DNA of 64,000 bases, from positions 57,660,001 to 57,724,000 of the forward strand of contig NC_043000.1 in assembly GCF_006345805.1 (NCBI RefSeq), given 5' to 3'. Positions 15,218-28,140 of the stretch are shown here, one piece after another. Made by a program: the position numbers and the translations under genes. A model generated the notes under the pieces. That model ran no database searches. It was not told the origin of the DNA and saw nothing but the letters and a program-made list of their open reading frames with translations. This DNA comes from Octopus sinensis (taxonomy: Eukaryota). The number at the start of each line of letters is the position of its first letter. The stretch's first letter is position 1.

Positions 15218-15837
15218 TGTTTCTAACATAAGCACAAAGCATGAAATTTAAGGGAATAGTTGAGTTGAAATCAACCTAAGTATTTGATTGGTATTTCATT
15301 TTATTGACCTAGGAAGGATGAAAGACTAAGTTGACCATGGCAAGATTTGAACTCAGAATGTAAAGAATATTTTTTTTATTGAAAAATAATAATCCTTTCT
15401 ATTATAGGTACAGGCCTGAAATTTTGGAAGAGGGTCAAATTGATTACATCGACCCAGTGTTCAACTGGTACTTAATTTATGAAAAGTAAAGATCACCTCA
15501 ATGGAATTTGAACTCAAAATATAAAGATATATGAAATGCCACTAAACATTTTGCCAAGTCTGCCAACAGTTCTGCCAGCTCACTGCCTTAATTATACTAG
15601 TAATAATAATCCTTTTTGCTATAGGCACAAGGCCTGAAATTGTTGGGGAGGGGACTAGTTGATTAGATCGACTCCAGTACACCACTGGTACTTAATTTAT
15701 CGATCGCAATAGGATGAAAATCAAAGCCGACCTTGGTGGAAATTGAACTCAGAATATAGCGATGGGTGAAGTGCCACTAAGCATTTCACCCAGTATGCTA
15801 ACAATTCTGCCAGCTCGCCACCTTAATAATAATAATA

Positions 15838-15910
<73 letters not shown>

Positions 15911-16820
15911 TGTTTCTAACATAAGCACAAAGCATGAAATTTAAGGGAATAGTTGAGTTGAAATCAACCTAAGTATTTGATTGGTATTTCATTTTATTGA
16001 CCTAGGAAGGATGAAAGACTAAGTTGACCATGGCAAGATTTGAACTCAGAATGTAAAGAATATTTTTTTTATTGAAAAATAATAATCCTTTCTATTATAG
16101 GTACAGGCCTGAAATTTTGGAAGAGGGTCAAATTGATTACATCGACCCAGTGTTCAACTGGTACTTAATTTATGAAAAGTAAAGATCACCTCAATGGAAT
16201 TTGAACTCAAAATATAAAGATATATGAAATGCCACTAAACATTTTGCCAAGTCTGCCAACAGTTCTGCCAGCTCACTGCCTTAATTATACTAGTAATAAT
16301 AATCCTTTTTGCTATAGGCACAAGGCCTGAAATTGTTGGGGAGGGGACTAGTTGATTAGATCGACTCCAGTACACCACTGGTACTTAATTTATCGATCGC
16401 AATAGGATGAAAATCAAAGCCGACCTTGGTGGAAATTGAACTCAGAATATAGCGATGGGTGAAGTGCCACTAAGCATTTCACCCAGTATGCTAACAATTC
16501 TGCCAGCTCGCCACCTTAATAATAATGATGATGATGATGATGATGATGATGATAATAATAATAAAACCAACAATAACAACAGCAACAACAGCAATAATAA
16601 TAATCCTTTCTATTGGAGGTACAAGGCCTCAAATTTGTTGGGTGGGGACTATTCAATTATATTGACCCCAGTGTTTCACTGGTACTTAATTTATTGACCC
16701 CGAAAGGATGTAAAGCAAAGTCGACCTCAGCGGAATTTGAACTCAGAATGTAGTGATGGGTGAAATACAACTAAGCATTTTGCCCAGTATGCTAACAATT
16801 CTGCCAGCTCACCACCTTAA
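13140..16820 (-). mobile_element. Head-to-tail array of ~15 tRNA-derived SINE copies (family A) separated by (AAT)n/(GAT)n
   Basis: A ~210-bp unit recurs. Its reverse complement is GGTGGCGAGCTGGCAGAATCGTTAGCA...GAGTTCAAATTCC (A/B-box-like), then GCCTTTCATCCTTTCGGGGTCGATAAATTAAGTACCAG, then an (ATT)n tail. Confidence 0.9.
15200..16525. repeat. Apparently exact tandem duplication, period 693 bp
   Basis: 15223 corresponds to 15916 and 15821 to 16514. I saw no differences outside the microsatellite spacers. Confidence 0.9.
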
Positions 16821-16825
16821 TAATG

Positions 16826-16865
<40 letters not shown>

Positions 16866-16873
16866 TAATAATA

Positions 16874-16908
<35 letters not shown>

Positions 16909-19900
16909 AATAATACAAAATCAGCCAAATGTTTACCTGTCTCTACTCCACATTTCCATCCCCAGACTTTAGTAATAATGTTATGGTTTGCTCGGCAGAA
17001 AAGTTTGTAGTAGTTTGTTGTCATTAAAAAGAATATTTCATTTAATGAGCCAATAATTAATTGAAAAAGTCTCATAAAAAAATGTAGTCACAAATTTGTT
17101 TTTGAGCTTCATAAAATACACTCTTTTACTGGTTTTAAACATTCGGGCTGTGGCCATGCTGAGTATTAGGACATTACCATGGATACTAAGTAATTGCAAT
17201 ACATTTTATTTAAATATTGTGTCCAGTTCTTATCTGTGCTGGCACAGGGGAACAAGTTTGTATACTTGGATGACATTCCTAGCACCAAAATATTATTTGA
17301 ATTTCTTATTTCTCTCTTTCTTCTCTACCAAACAAAAGCATTTAATAATGATATTTTTTCCATCATACTCACAGTCAAGTTTTGTAAAGAGAGGAGGTGA
17401 GATAAAGGCGATTGAATTGATTTCCATTCTACAACCCAGTATATTATTGGTTCACATTTTAACAATCTTCCTCTCTCCTCTCCAGATATATGAAAGGCAA
17501 TGTTGACAAAATGGTGAGATATGAAACTCAACTCAGTTTTGCAGGTTATTGTGTACTAGATACAGCATCACAAATTTAAGAACAACTCAATAGCTTCATA
17601 TCCTGCTTTTTGCTGTGGCAACTTTTGTGTTGCGGTTTCTTAATCTCCTTCCACTGTCTCCACAGTTTCAGAAGCCATCATGAGTATTACTCTCCCTTTG
17701 ATTAGGCCAGCCACTAAAAAGAAATGTTTGGAATTCTTACTATTTCATTATTGCCACCAGATTCTCAAAGAAAAAATTATTACATAATAAATATATAGCA
17801 GTGAAATATGTATAAAGTACCTCAAGCAAGAATATGAATAGGATTTCAATGAAAGTAGGATAGCTTTTAAACACTGGAGTGGCTTCACATGATGTTGTGG
17901 TTTCACATGGTGTTGTAGTTTCATATGGTGTCGTGGCTTCACATATTTAACCTCTTTCAAATGGTTGTTATATCCATGTCAAATGTTGTTACAACTGGAT
18001 GTAAAACATGTTTCTTTATTCAATCTCAGGTAAATCATCAATACGTTTTTTCAATACATCAGCTTTTATAATAAACTTTGTGTGCATGCCTGTGGATGCA
18101 TTTAATGTATGTATGAAAGTAAGAGTCTGCATGTTTTTGTGTGTAGCTATGTGAGTCTTTTATGTATGCATATGTGTATTTGTTTCCAATAGGTTGATTA
18201 GATATGTTACAGTGTAGATGGAATATAATAGTTACATCCCAATAATTCTCATTCTCTGTTCAGATATGTAGACAAAACCCATGTATGAAATATTCATCAA
18301 AATGTTTAGAAATCAATCAACTTAAGTGCATTTCATCGAATTACTGATAAAAACTGTTTGAAGGTGTTTTACTTGTTCACTCACAGATATGTATACATAT
18401 ACACACACACACATACATACACACTCACAGACAAATACAAACTCACCCAAAACAGACACACACATCAATCAATAAGCTGGGCATCTCCCCCAGTTATATT
18501 GAAAACAGCAAACTACAACAGAATGGCACCAGAATGAAGCAAATATAAGTCAACTATGAACTGCCAATCTCTTCTTACCTCATATTCTTTAGATTAATGA
18601 AAAATTATATTATTATTATTTTTTTTCAGTAAATAATTATATGTGATGATTTTTTTTGCAGGGGGAGGGGGAATGTCACAATGAACTATGGTTGACTAAA
18701 AATGACAATTTAAAAATTTTCCTTATGAAACAACGTGTCATATGCCAAGTACTTAACCTTTGAGAAATTGAAGTGTTGTATTTTTGTTTCACTTACAGGT
18801 AAAATTTAATATATATATAAAGGGTTAGCTCATTTTGAAGTCACTATATTTCTGTCATTGGAAATTTGTAAGTGGGTTTTTTTTTTTTAAAAAAAAAGGT
18901 TAAAACAAAAGTTACATTTGAAAACTTTTATATCTGAACCAAATTAGTTCAAAATAATTTATTTTTTTATTTATTTATTATTATCATTATTATTTTTGTA
19001 GGCAGATTTCAATTGTTAAATCAAGCACTTTTAAAATAAAAAGTTCCTGAAATTCCTAAAAAAGTCTTGTTCTAAATTAATCAAATAAACTATATGTAAT
19101 ATGTAATAATTTATGTGTGAGTCTTTTATGTTGTTTTACTAACCAACCATTAACAAACTAAAAATCATGATTCCATGTAATTCTACAAATTCTTTGTATC
19201 TTTTACATGTCACAAGAATAACTCATACATTTTAACTGGAAATGAAATCAATTCTCATTAAAGAAAGATATAGTCAATTGAATCAAGCCCAGAGTGTATT
19301 ACATGTACTAATTTTGTCAAACCCAACACACCCCACCTTACAGTGCCAGAAGGATGATAGACCAAAATCAACCTTGGCAAAATTTGAACTCAGAATGTAG
19401 GGCAATGAAATAACTAAATATTGTAATGTCACTTAAGTTTAGACTCTCTACAAGTTCGGCTATCTCACTGGCTCACTGTGTTTTGTGATAGTCACAGAAA
19501 ATATTTCAGAGCTAAAAACTTGTGAAATTGAGCATAATACAATACAGAAAATGTTGAAATTGAAATAATAGATTACAGTGTTAAACTCACCATGAATTTG
19601 TTTCCAATTAGAATGCTTAAGTTATATTTATTTTAATATATATATGTGTGTGTATATGCATGTATATGTATATACACAAGAAAGCAATTTAGATTTGTTT
19701 TTCGATAAGTAGAATTATAAATTATAAATTGAAAGAAAAATTAAATTTGACTTGAATATTATACAAAAATCTTAATTTTATACATCATGAAAAAGAATAT
19801 CCATTTACACATATACATATATATGTAATTGTTCAAATATCACAGGATAGGACACCAGTCTATCACAGGCAACATTCTTAAATGATCTGGTAACTATTCC

Positions 19901-20679
19901 TGACAGCAGAACTGATTGATGAATAAGTAGCTCCAATATCTTGTCCACTCAACCTTGATTTTACTTCCATCATCTTTTTCTACACTATGAATATTAATTT
20001 CCTCTTAATTATATAAGTATATGTTCTAATATATGCATAACTGATTTTATACTCACACACATGTGTGTGTGCGTGTGTATGTGTATAAGTGTTCATTATC
20101 AGTATATAATTAGGAGTACTCAATATAAGTGGTGGTGAATATTAATTAATTAGTTAAAAGCTGAAGATTGAATCTGTCACTGCCGATAAACAGAATATTC
20201 ATTTGTTCTATCATTAAGAATGAAATGTAAAAATTATTCTGTAAAGAGAGCATGTCTGTCTATCTGTCTATTTGTCTACATGTCTAACTATCCATCTATC
20301 AATCTATAGATAGATAGACAGATAGATAGATAGATAGACAGATAGATAGACTGACAGACAGATAGATAGGTAGACTGATAACTTTTACAATTCTGCTACT
20401 ATACTGCAAATACCCTATGACAGTTACACTGATTTGAGCTTTGTAATAATGCTGAGCTATAGTAACACTCTTATGTAACTTTAGCTTTAGACACTCTTCA
20501 AATTTGTATATTGCAAACTTTGTATACATATCAGCTATTGAAGTCATTGGTTTTTGTTTTATTATTAAGAATCTACTGCTTATATGACTGATTACTGTTA
20601 ATACTCTGCTAATACTTTTTTTAATCATTAAAAGACTACATTTCAATTTAGAATGTAAATCTGTTAAAACATAATCAGT

Positions 20680-20902
20680 TTAACCCTTTAGCATCTAAAC
20701 TGGTCATATCTGGCACAAATATTTTACCTGTTGTATGTTCAAACTGGCAAGATCTGACCCCTCACACCTTCTGTACAATGTCATTTTCAATATAACAACC
20801 AGTGAAATCTCACAGCTACAAGATAATGCGTAATTAATTTGAAGCAATGTGAATAAGTAGGCATTACACTTGACTGTCTAATCAGAATGCTTAAAGGGTT
20901 AA
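20680..20902 (+). mobile_element. piggyBac-like MITE family C (other copies 28643-29132 interrupted, 53442-53669, ~57455-57651 inverted, 57752-57953, 61790-62014)
   Basis: TTAA-CCCTTTAGCAT...ATGCTAAAGGG-TTAA termini and a conserved ~220-bp body. Confidence 0.8.
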
Positions 20903-21071
20903 AAATGGAAATAGTTAACTTGTTGGTCATTTTACAAGATTGAATTCTGTTTTATTTGTATCTTCTTTTTTAACACAAAATTCTTTGTGATGATGTACAA
21001 GATTTCAAGATTTAGTAAGGAGATAGATAGAATGATAGGATAGATAGATAAATAGATGGATAGATAGATAG

Positions 21072-21162
<91 letters not shown>

Positions 21163-21343
21163 AATAATAATTTGAAAATGCTCCTTTGTAGATTATTGAT
21201 CCTGCTATGAGAAATGAAAATGCAATAAATTGAATACAATACTAGATTTAATAAACAACCTGGACACACTAAAAAATATTGATAATAACAATACTAACAA
21301 TATTATATATTATAATATATACATTATAATATAATTTAATATA

Positions 21344-21402
<59 letters not shown>

Positions 21403-21832
21403 TCTAATATATATATATATATTATAATATATACATTATAATATAATTTAATATAATATATATACATACACTTATATAATTATACACACCCATATATATA
21501 AATATAATATATGTAAATATATATACATTCATACATATATAATATATATATATATATATATCTAATATATATATATATATATATAATATATATATATATT
21601 ATATATATATAATATATATATATATATTATATATATATTATATATATATATAATAAACTATATATATTACAATATACTTTATATTATTTTATATTAAGAA
21701 ATATATATGTAAATATAATATATAATTATTATATTATACAATATATAAATATATATTATTTGATGGAATATTATATAACATGCATATTGAAGGATATATA
21801 TATACACATACACATATGTATGTATATGTATG

Positions 21833-21885
<53 letters not shown>

Positions 21886-21906
21886 AATATATATATATCT
21901 AATATA

Positions 21907-21939
<33 letters not shown>

Positions 21940-22558
21940 TTATAATATAAAATAAAATAAATTAATATAATGATAATAATAATAATAATAATAGTAATAA
22001 TAATAATAATAATAAATATTATAGAAAATAATAATAGAGTAACAAGTTCAAACTCAAAAAAATTGGGCCAATTTCACAGGATTTTAATTGATAACAATTA
22101 AATACTCTTACCATTGAGTAAGCTTTGAAGACATGATTTTCTTTAGATGTTTAGTGTTCCAGATACATTAAATATTCGTTAATGAATTAATGGAATTCAT
22201 AATTTAGATTCATTTTAGGTTGATAGGTAATGGGGGAGTGGGGTGAAAGAAAACAAGAAATGAAAAAAAGGTCGGCGTCTGTATGTTTTTTCATTTGTTT
22301 TTCTTTTTTTTGTGTTTCTACCATGTTGTATTTCAGCATTTTAAAATACTTTTTAGAGAAATGTATAAAAATTGCACATAAATATTCACAGATAAATAAG
22401 TGTGGTTTTCTTTTCTTTGTTTTTGTCATGTGTTTTGGATACGCATGTAGCTAGATAGATAGAGAGAGAGAGAGAGATATGCATTTTTCTTAATGAATGC
22501 GTGATGTAAAATTATATACCCCATTGAAAAAATGTCCCATATTGCACCAGTTTTCTTA

Positions 22559-22594
<36 letters not shown>

Positions 22595-24006
22595 TTTTTA
22601 TCCCACCCCTTGCTCTTATAATTATCATTAGCATTAACTAGAAATAGACAAAGAAAAAAACAAAACAAAAATGACAAAACAAGTTTTTGTGGCTGTTTTA
22701 TCAAGTTGTTCTAATTTTCTTAATAATCTAGCGAGATACTCTCAAAAGAACCATCTCCCTACCTGCCCCCATTTCATGGGTCTATCATTTTGGGATGCCA
22801 TAATCCTTTTATTTTCTTTCATTTTCTGATGAGTCTCTCATTGTCCTTAACACCTCTAGTTAAGACTGATATATATATATAAACCAAAAAGTTAGTCCTT
22901 TCCAAAACAAGCAAGGACACTTAGTATTCTTGATTTAATGAGATTTTCATTAACTGTTTTTAAATTTCAGAATTCATTTGAAAAGATTGAAAGAGTTTTT
23001 CTTTATTGACAAATTCAAATAAATTGAAAAGAAAAAAATAATACCCTCCCCACTTTGAAATTTTCTTCAAATTCTTAGTAATAATGTTCAATATTTTAAT
23101 CCTTTTGTAACAAGTATATGTATGTGCATGTACATTGGTGTATATAATTACATGTATGTGAATGTGGAAGTGATAAATTGTGTGTGTGAATATGTGTTTA
23201 TAATTAGGAAGCCTAATTTTACTTAAAAATGTTTTAAAAATATCGTTAAATTAATTTAGAAAAAAAAAAGAATAAATCAAAACACATTATTATCGGAGAA
23301 TAATAAATACATTTTCACTACTCCTTGCCTTCCAAAAATTGAGTGACTAGTGTGTGAAAATTTGCACGTATGTAAATATTAAAATGCATATCTGTGTATG
23401 TGTGCACTTATGGATGTATTACTCACAAATGCATTGAATTTTGTATCTCTGTCAATATTTTTCTTTCTGAAAAATTCCTGAACATGCTTCCAAAAAAGCA
23501 CTGAGGTAAAATATACAAGAGATGACAAAAGAATGAAGTTCAGATGTGCAGTCCAATTACTGCACTGTTAAGTCCTCCTTGCACACTAACAACAACAACA
23601 ATAAATCACAACAACAACAACAACGACAGCAATGACAACAATGACTGTATCTGCCATAATCTGCCATATAGACACGTGCTGGTGGTACACACACACAAGC
23701 ACACATGCATGCACATACACACATATTCACACTCACACACACACTTATATTCACACCCACATATACAAAATGGCTAGCAGTGTGAGCTGGAGGCCAAAGA
23801 TCTTCATTACCAGCACAGTACAGGTCAACAGTTGTCATCTTTGTCATAGCCAGATAATGGTCTCAACAGGTAGAAATAGTTATGAGTGCCTTCACTTTCT
23901 GTCTCAGTGACCGTCAGTGAAGCTTCTGATTGGCTGCAGCAAGTTTCCTTGTAGCAAATGGGGGGAAAAACTAGAACAGAGCTTTGTTTTTAGTTCAGGT
24001 CTTCTC

Positions 24007-24180
24007 TCACGAGGAGGCCTCCTCGATGAGTTTTTTGTAGAGCTGAGAATTAAGAAAGCGTGGATAAGGATCTTGGTGCATCAGAGTATATATCTGCAAT
24101 TGTGCTTCATCGAATGTATGTGGAGATGGATCCAACATATTTTGGTTTATAACTTCTCTTACTCTGGAATCTAGACTAAC
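24007..24180 (-). CDS. RGS20-like: RZ-family RGS gene, terminal coding exon (VSLDSRVREVINQNMLDPSPHTFDEAQLQIYTLMHQDPYPRFLNSQLYKKLIEEASS*)
   Basis: Acceptor ttgcAG at 24181-24182, phase 0 join (PKE|VSLDS), TGA stop at 24007-24009. KEVSLDS has Ser at the RGS4 Asn128-equivalent position, which is diagnostic of the RZ/GAIP subfamily. Confidence 0.97.
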   Translation of the reverse strand, partial: VSLDSRVREVINQNMLDPSPHTFDEAQLQIYTLMHQDPYPRFLNSQLYKKLIEEASS

Positions 24181-24573
24181 CTGCAAAGAAATAAAACATT
24201 TTAAACTAAAATCATCAGCAGCAACAACCACAAGAACAACAAGTAAGAAGCAATTTTCGTCCATATTTTAAAGCTGGTAACCACATTATTGGTTTCAAAT
24301 TTTGGTACAAGGCCAGCAATTTTGGGGTAGAGGGTAAGTTGATTACATTGATTCCAGTGCTCAACTGATACTTATTTTATCAATCTAAAAGGATGAAAGG
24401 CAAAATCAACCTCGACAGAATTTGAACTCAGAATGTAATGATAGACAAATTGCCACTATGCACTTTGTCTGGTGTGCTAATGATTCTGCCAGCTCTCCAC
24501 CTTAAAATATGCTATGTATTAATCCATTGCCCAGTTTATCAACCCCTCTTCTAGCTCTTGAGTAACTTTAAGA

Positions 24574-24868
24574 CAGGGGTTCTCAACTATTTTTTATCAA
24601 TGAACCCCTTTGAATAGTATTTTATTCTGGTGGACCACTATAGTGATTGGTGTTTAAAAACTAGTTTTCTCAATACTTCTTTTAAAATTCCTAATTTTCT
24701 TTTTTGCACATTAGCTTAAACCTAGCTGTTTTTTGCATTACACACCAATACATACATCTAAAGCAAAATTTTTTCAGGGGCCCTTAAAATACTATTGTGG
24801 ATCCCCAATTTACTATTTTGTTGTGTGGACCCTAAAAATCTTATATGGACTCTGGTTGAGAACCACTG
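24574..24868. mobile_element. hAT-type MITE
   Basis: TIRs CAGGGGTTCTCAAC and GTTGAGAACCACTG, with 8-bp TSD CTTTAAGA/CTTTAACA. Confidence 0.85.
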
Positions 24869-24869
24869 C

Positions 24870-25450
24870 TTTAACAGATTCTTCTCTCATTTGTAAGTAT
24901 TTGGGTTGGTTCTCTGGTCAGAGGATAACTTCCTCTTTATTCCTACCTGTCTCAGAAACCCTGGAAAGGTTTATAGGGAGTCATGGCCAATACTCATTCT
25001 CCTTTGATTAAGCTATTATGGCATCCGTGGAGTGCATTATCGCTTCGACATCGCTATCAAAACGCACCTCCACAGTGCCATATTTTCTTCCTCTTGTTAT
25101 GAATGTCATCTGCTTTTTAATCTCTTTTAAACTTTGCTCAATTTCTTCTATTGGTGCTACTTCAATTTTCTTGGATGATATTTCAGTGTTTTATAAATTA
25201 TTGTTTTCCTCTTTACACTATATGTTAATTCGAGTGGAGGTGTCAACTTTAGATTATGGCCTTCTTTTTCTAAAAGGTTGCCACATTCCTTTAACATTTC
25301 CAGCTCAATTTTTATTTCTTGCACTTCCAAATTTTGGACTTCGATAACTTTGCCAGTTGCAGCCGCATAACTGTGGCTCTTGGCTGGTTCACTTTCCATT
25401 GTACTTCTTCCCATTGGTTCTCCCATAAATGGGAAGAAGAAAACAATTCA
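24870..25450 (-). mobile_element. Probable LINE (L1/Tx1-like) ORF1 fragment
   Basis: SHSYAAATG...LTYSVKRK, then after a frameshift IEEIEQSLKEIKKQMTFITRGRKYGTVEVRFDSDVEA. It is coding-like with no splice context. The family assignment is from recall only. Confidence 0.4.
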
Positions 25451-26307
25451 ACAAATACTCAGGAGAGCAAACAATAATTTTAAACGGGAAACAAACATGG
25501 TACACCCACAAGGGGAAACCTCTAACAACAAAATATCACACTTACTTCAAATGTAGATTTCAACCATGGAAATTATAAATTATAATGTTAAGTTAAACAG
25601 GTAAATAGTTTTTCATGCTGCACTGTAAGGTAAGGATGCAGTCCATTGTCAAAATACATGAAGCTAGGTGTTATTAGCCAAAACTGTGAAACTATAACAA
25701 ATTGGCTAGACCCTGGCAAACCTTTATAAGCAGAGATAATTTTACCCCCCAGTTTTTGTGACAGTTTTTTTCTGTGAGACAAAGTTGTTCAATTGGATTC
25801 TGGAAGCTATGATTGCCTGCTTAGTTTATGCCCTTTGTGCTTTGTGTTAGGCTTTTATGGATTTATTTTATGCTCCACAAATTCGCCAGAACTTTTGTCA
25901 TATTTAAAATAATTTCTGTGTCACATCTGGGTGAGTACAAAAATCTCTTAAGTTATGTTGTAATATTTATGTGAATTTTGAACCCTGCATTTGTGGTAGG
26001 TTGTGTAGTAATTTTGCTAGCTAATTTCTGTTAAGATAAATGTTAAAATTTGTATAAATAGCTAAAGAGTGTATGAATTTTAATTTTTCACGTAGCGAAT
26101 TTTTGTATAAGACAACTAACTGTAAATTTTGTCTAATGATTACTCAGCATTCTTGTATGAAGCAGTTTTGTGTGAATTTAAAGCAAACTAGCTTTTTGTT
26201 TGACTATTTAATTTTTTAACTATAATTATTGATGTGTTCTGGCAGCGGTTTTGTGTCATGAACCTTTAGTTTAAATGGTTGCTTTGACATTAGATTTAAT
26301 TATGTTT

Positions 26308-26455
26308 AGGTCCAAGGTTTGAAATCCAAGGCTGAACACTGAATTGATAGAAGACAGATTTTATGACATTCCAAGGTTCGACATCCACTGTTTGAAAATC
26401 CACTGCTCGAAATCCACTGTTTGATAGCCACTGTTCAAAATCCGAGGTTCGAAAA
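26308..26455 (+). repeat. Degenerate ~14-bp minisatellite (AAATCCA(A/C)(G/T)GTTCG-like)
   Basis: About 8 imperfect units, for example AAATCCAAGGTTTG, ACATCCACTGTTTTG and AAATCCGAGGTTCG. Confidence 0.65.
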
Positions 26456-27198
26456 CCAAAATTGTATTAAAGTGGAAATCCAGATTTTATGAAATCCAAA
26501 TTTTCGGAAGGCATATATTTGAGAAACCAAATTTGTGAGGCCAGGCTTTGTGTGAGGCCAATTTTAGTGAAACTAAAAACTGGGATTAGGAGTTCAAATT
26601 CTGAACTGTATATATATATATGTTATCTTTGTAAATATTTTGACTGCACATCTGGTGTAGCATTTGCTTTTTGTTCGTGTATATATTCGTTTGTATGTAA
26701 ACTGTTTTTATGCTGACTATTGTTAATAATATTTTAGAAAATATTCATGGTGTGTTGTTGTTTTGGGTTCACCCTATCCTCATTGATTCTGTAAATTTGG
26801 GTTATGGTCACCAGGTCATAACAATATAAGAACATGTGTGTGCATCTGTGTATGTGTGCACACGCATACACATGCACATTAACTTTTCATATAGAGCTCA
26901 GTACCTCTCCACTTATTTTTGCAGTGATAATTCTTGCTCCAAACAGGCACAGTGATGACTATAGGTCTATCAGATATCGGATTTGTGCAAAACTTTTAGT
27001 TATGTCAACTATTGTGTTTGTATGATTGTTACAAACTAATATATATATACACATGCACATATAAAAAATATCAGTCAATTCACATTTTTAAACTTATCAA
27101 TAGTTAGTGGATAATTAATCATATCAAAGTATTTTCTTTTAGATATACACAGAGAATTCAGAAATTTTATAAAATAGTTCTAAGGCAATTAAACTTAC

Positions 27199-27365
27199 CT
27201 CTTTTGGAGACAGTATAGAAATATAATCTTCGTATATTAATCTGGCTTTTTCTTCTATTAATTCAGAATTTTGTTCCCTCTTCAGTTCTTCACATGCTAG
27301 CCAAAATAACATATTTTCTTCACTATATTCCATTCGAAGGAATTCTCGAAATTTTCTTCGACCAC
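27199..27365 (-). CDS. RGS20-like: RZ-family RGS gene, central RGS-box exon ([28 protein letters not shown]...ARLIYEDYISILSPKE)
   Basis: Acceptor tttttAG at 27366-27367 and donor GAG|GTAAGT. 167 nt (2 nt + 55 codons). Near-identical to the vertebrate RZ motifs [24 protein letters not shown] and IYEDYISILSPKE. Confidence 0.97.
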
Positions 27366-27849
27366 CTAAAAATAGTAAATTTTTCAATTTACTTCTTTCT
27401 TATTTTTATTTTTTGCAAATTCAAGTGAAGTAGGTAACATTTCAGGAGATACAAAAACACTTAACTTTGAATCTTACAGAATAATATTATTCTAGGTACA
27501 AGGCACTATATTCTTAGGAGTTGAGGGAAATACAGATATCTGTACTTTACCAAGTTCATTGGAGGCCTAAGAGAATAAAAATACCTTTAACCCTTTCGTT
27601 ACCAACCTGGCCAAAACCGGCTCTGGCTCTGTAGTATAAATGTCTTGTTTTCATTAGTTTTTCATTAAAATATACCACCAAACCTTAGTTGCAATTTATG
27701 TTCCTAGCACTAACTGAATGATAACTAAGTTATTTTACTAAATTCATTGTTATATTTAAAATAATTTAAAGAAACACAGAGCATCTCAAAATAAATACAG
27801 TAACAAAAGGGTTAACCTTTCAGCATTTAAACAAGCCATATCAAGTGTT

Positions 27850-28140
27850 CCAGTTGATCCACTTGTTGGAACAGCCTGTTTGTGAAATTAACATGCAAGT
27901 GGTTGAGCACTCCACAGACACATACCCTTAACATAGTTCTCTGGGAGATTCAGTGGGACAAAGAGTGTGACAAAGCTGGCCCCTTTTAAATACAGGTACA
28001 ACTCATTTTTGCCAACTGAGTGGACCGGAGCAATGTGAAATAAAGTGTCTTGCTCAATGGTACAATGTGTCACTGGTAATCAAACTCACAACCTCGTGAT
28101 CATGAGCCAAATACCCTAACCACTAAACCATGTGCCTTCA
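27850..28140 (-). mobile_element. tRNA-derived SINE family F with CORE-like segment (second copy ~56170-56445)
   Basis: Reverse complement reads GTTTAGTGGTTAGGG...GTGAGTTTGATT...TTGAGCAAGACACTT...CTCCGGTCCACTCAG. Confidence 0.7.

Noticed and set aside
13140-16820. Regularly spaced repeats superficially like a CRISPR array
   Set aside because: Units are ~210-bp diverged SINEs with microsatellite spacers in eukaryotic DNA. There are no short identical repeats with unique spacers and no cas genes.
17486-17513. Plus-strand 28-nt segment with a strong polypyrimidine-AG acceptor and GTGAGA donor
   Set aside because: No partner exons or recognisable peptide. It is an isolated splice-like match.
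17000-24006. Extent of the RGS 3' UTR and poly(A) site
   Set aside because: There are many minus-strand AATAAA candidates (for example near 18015) in AT-rich DNA, and none can be chosen without transcript data.
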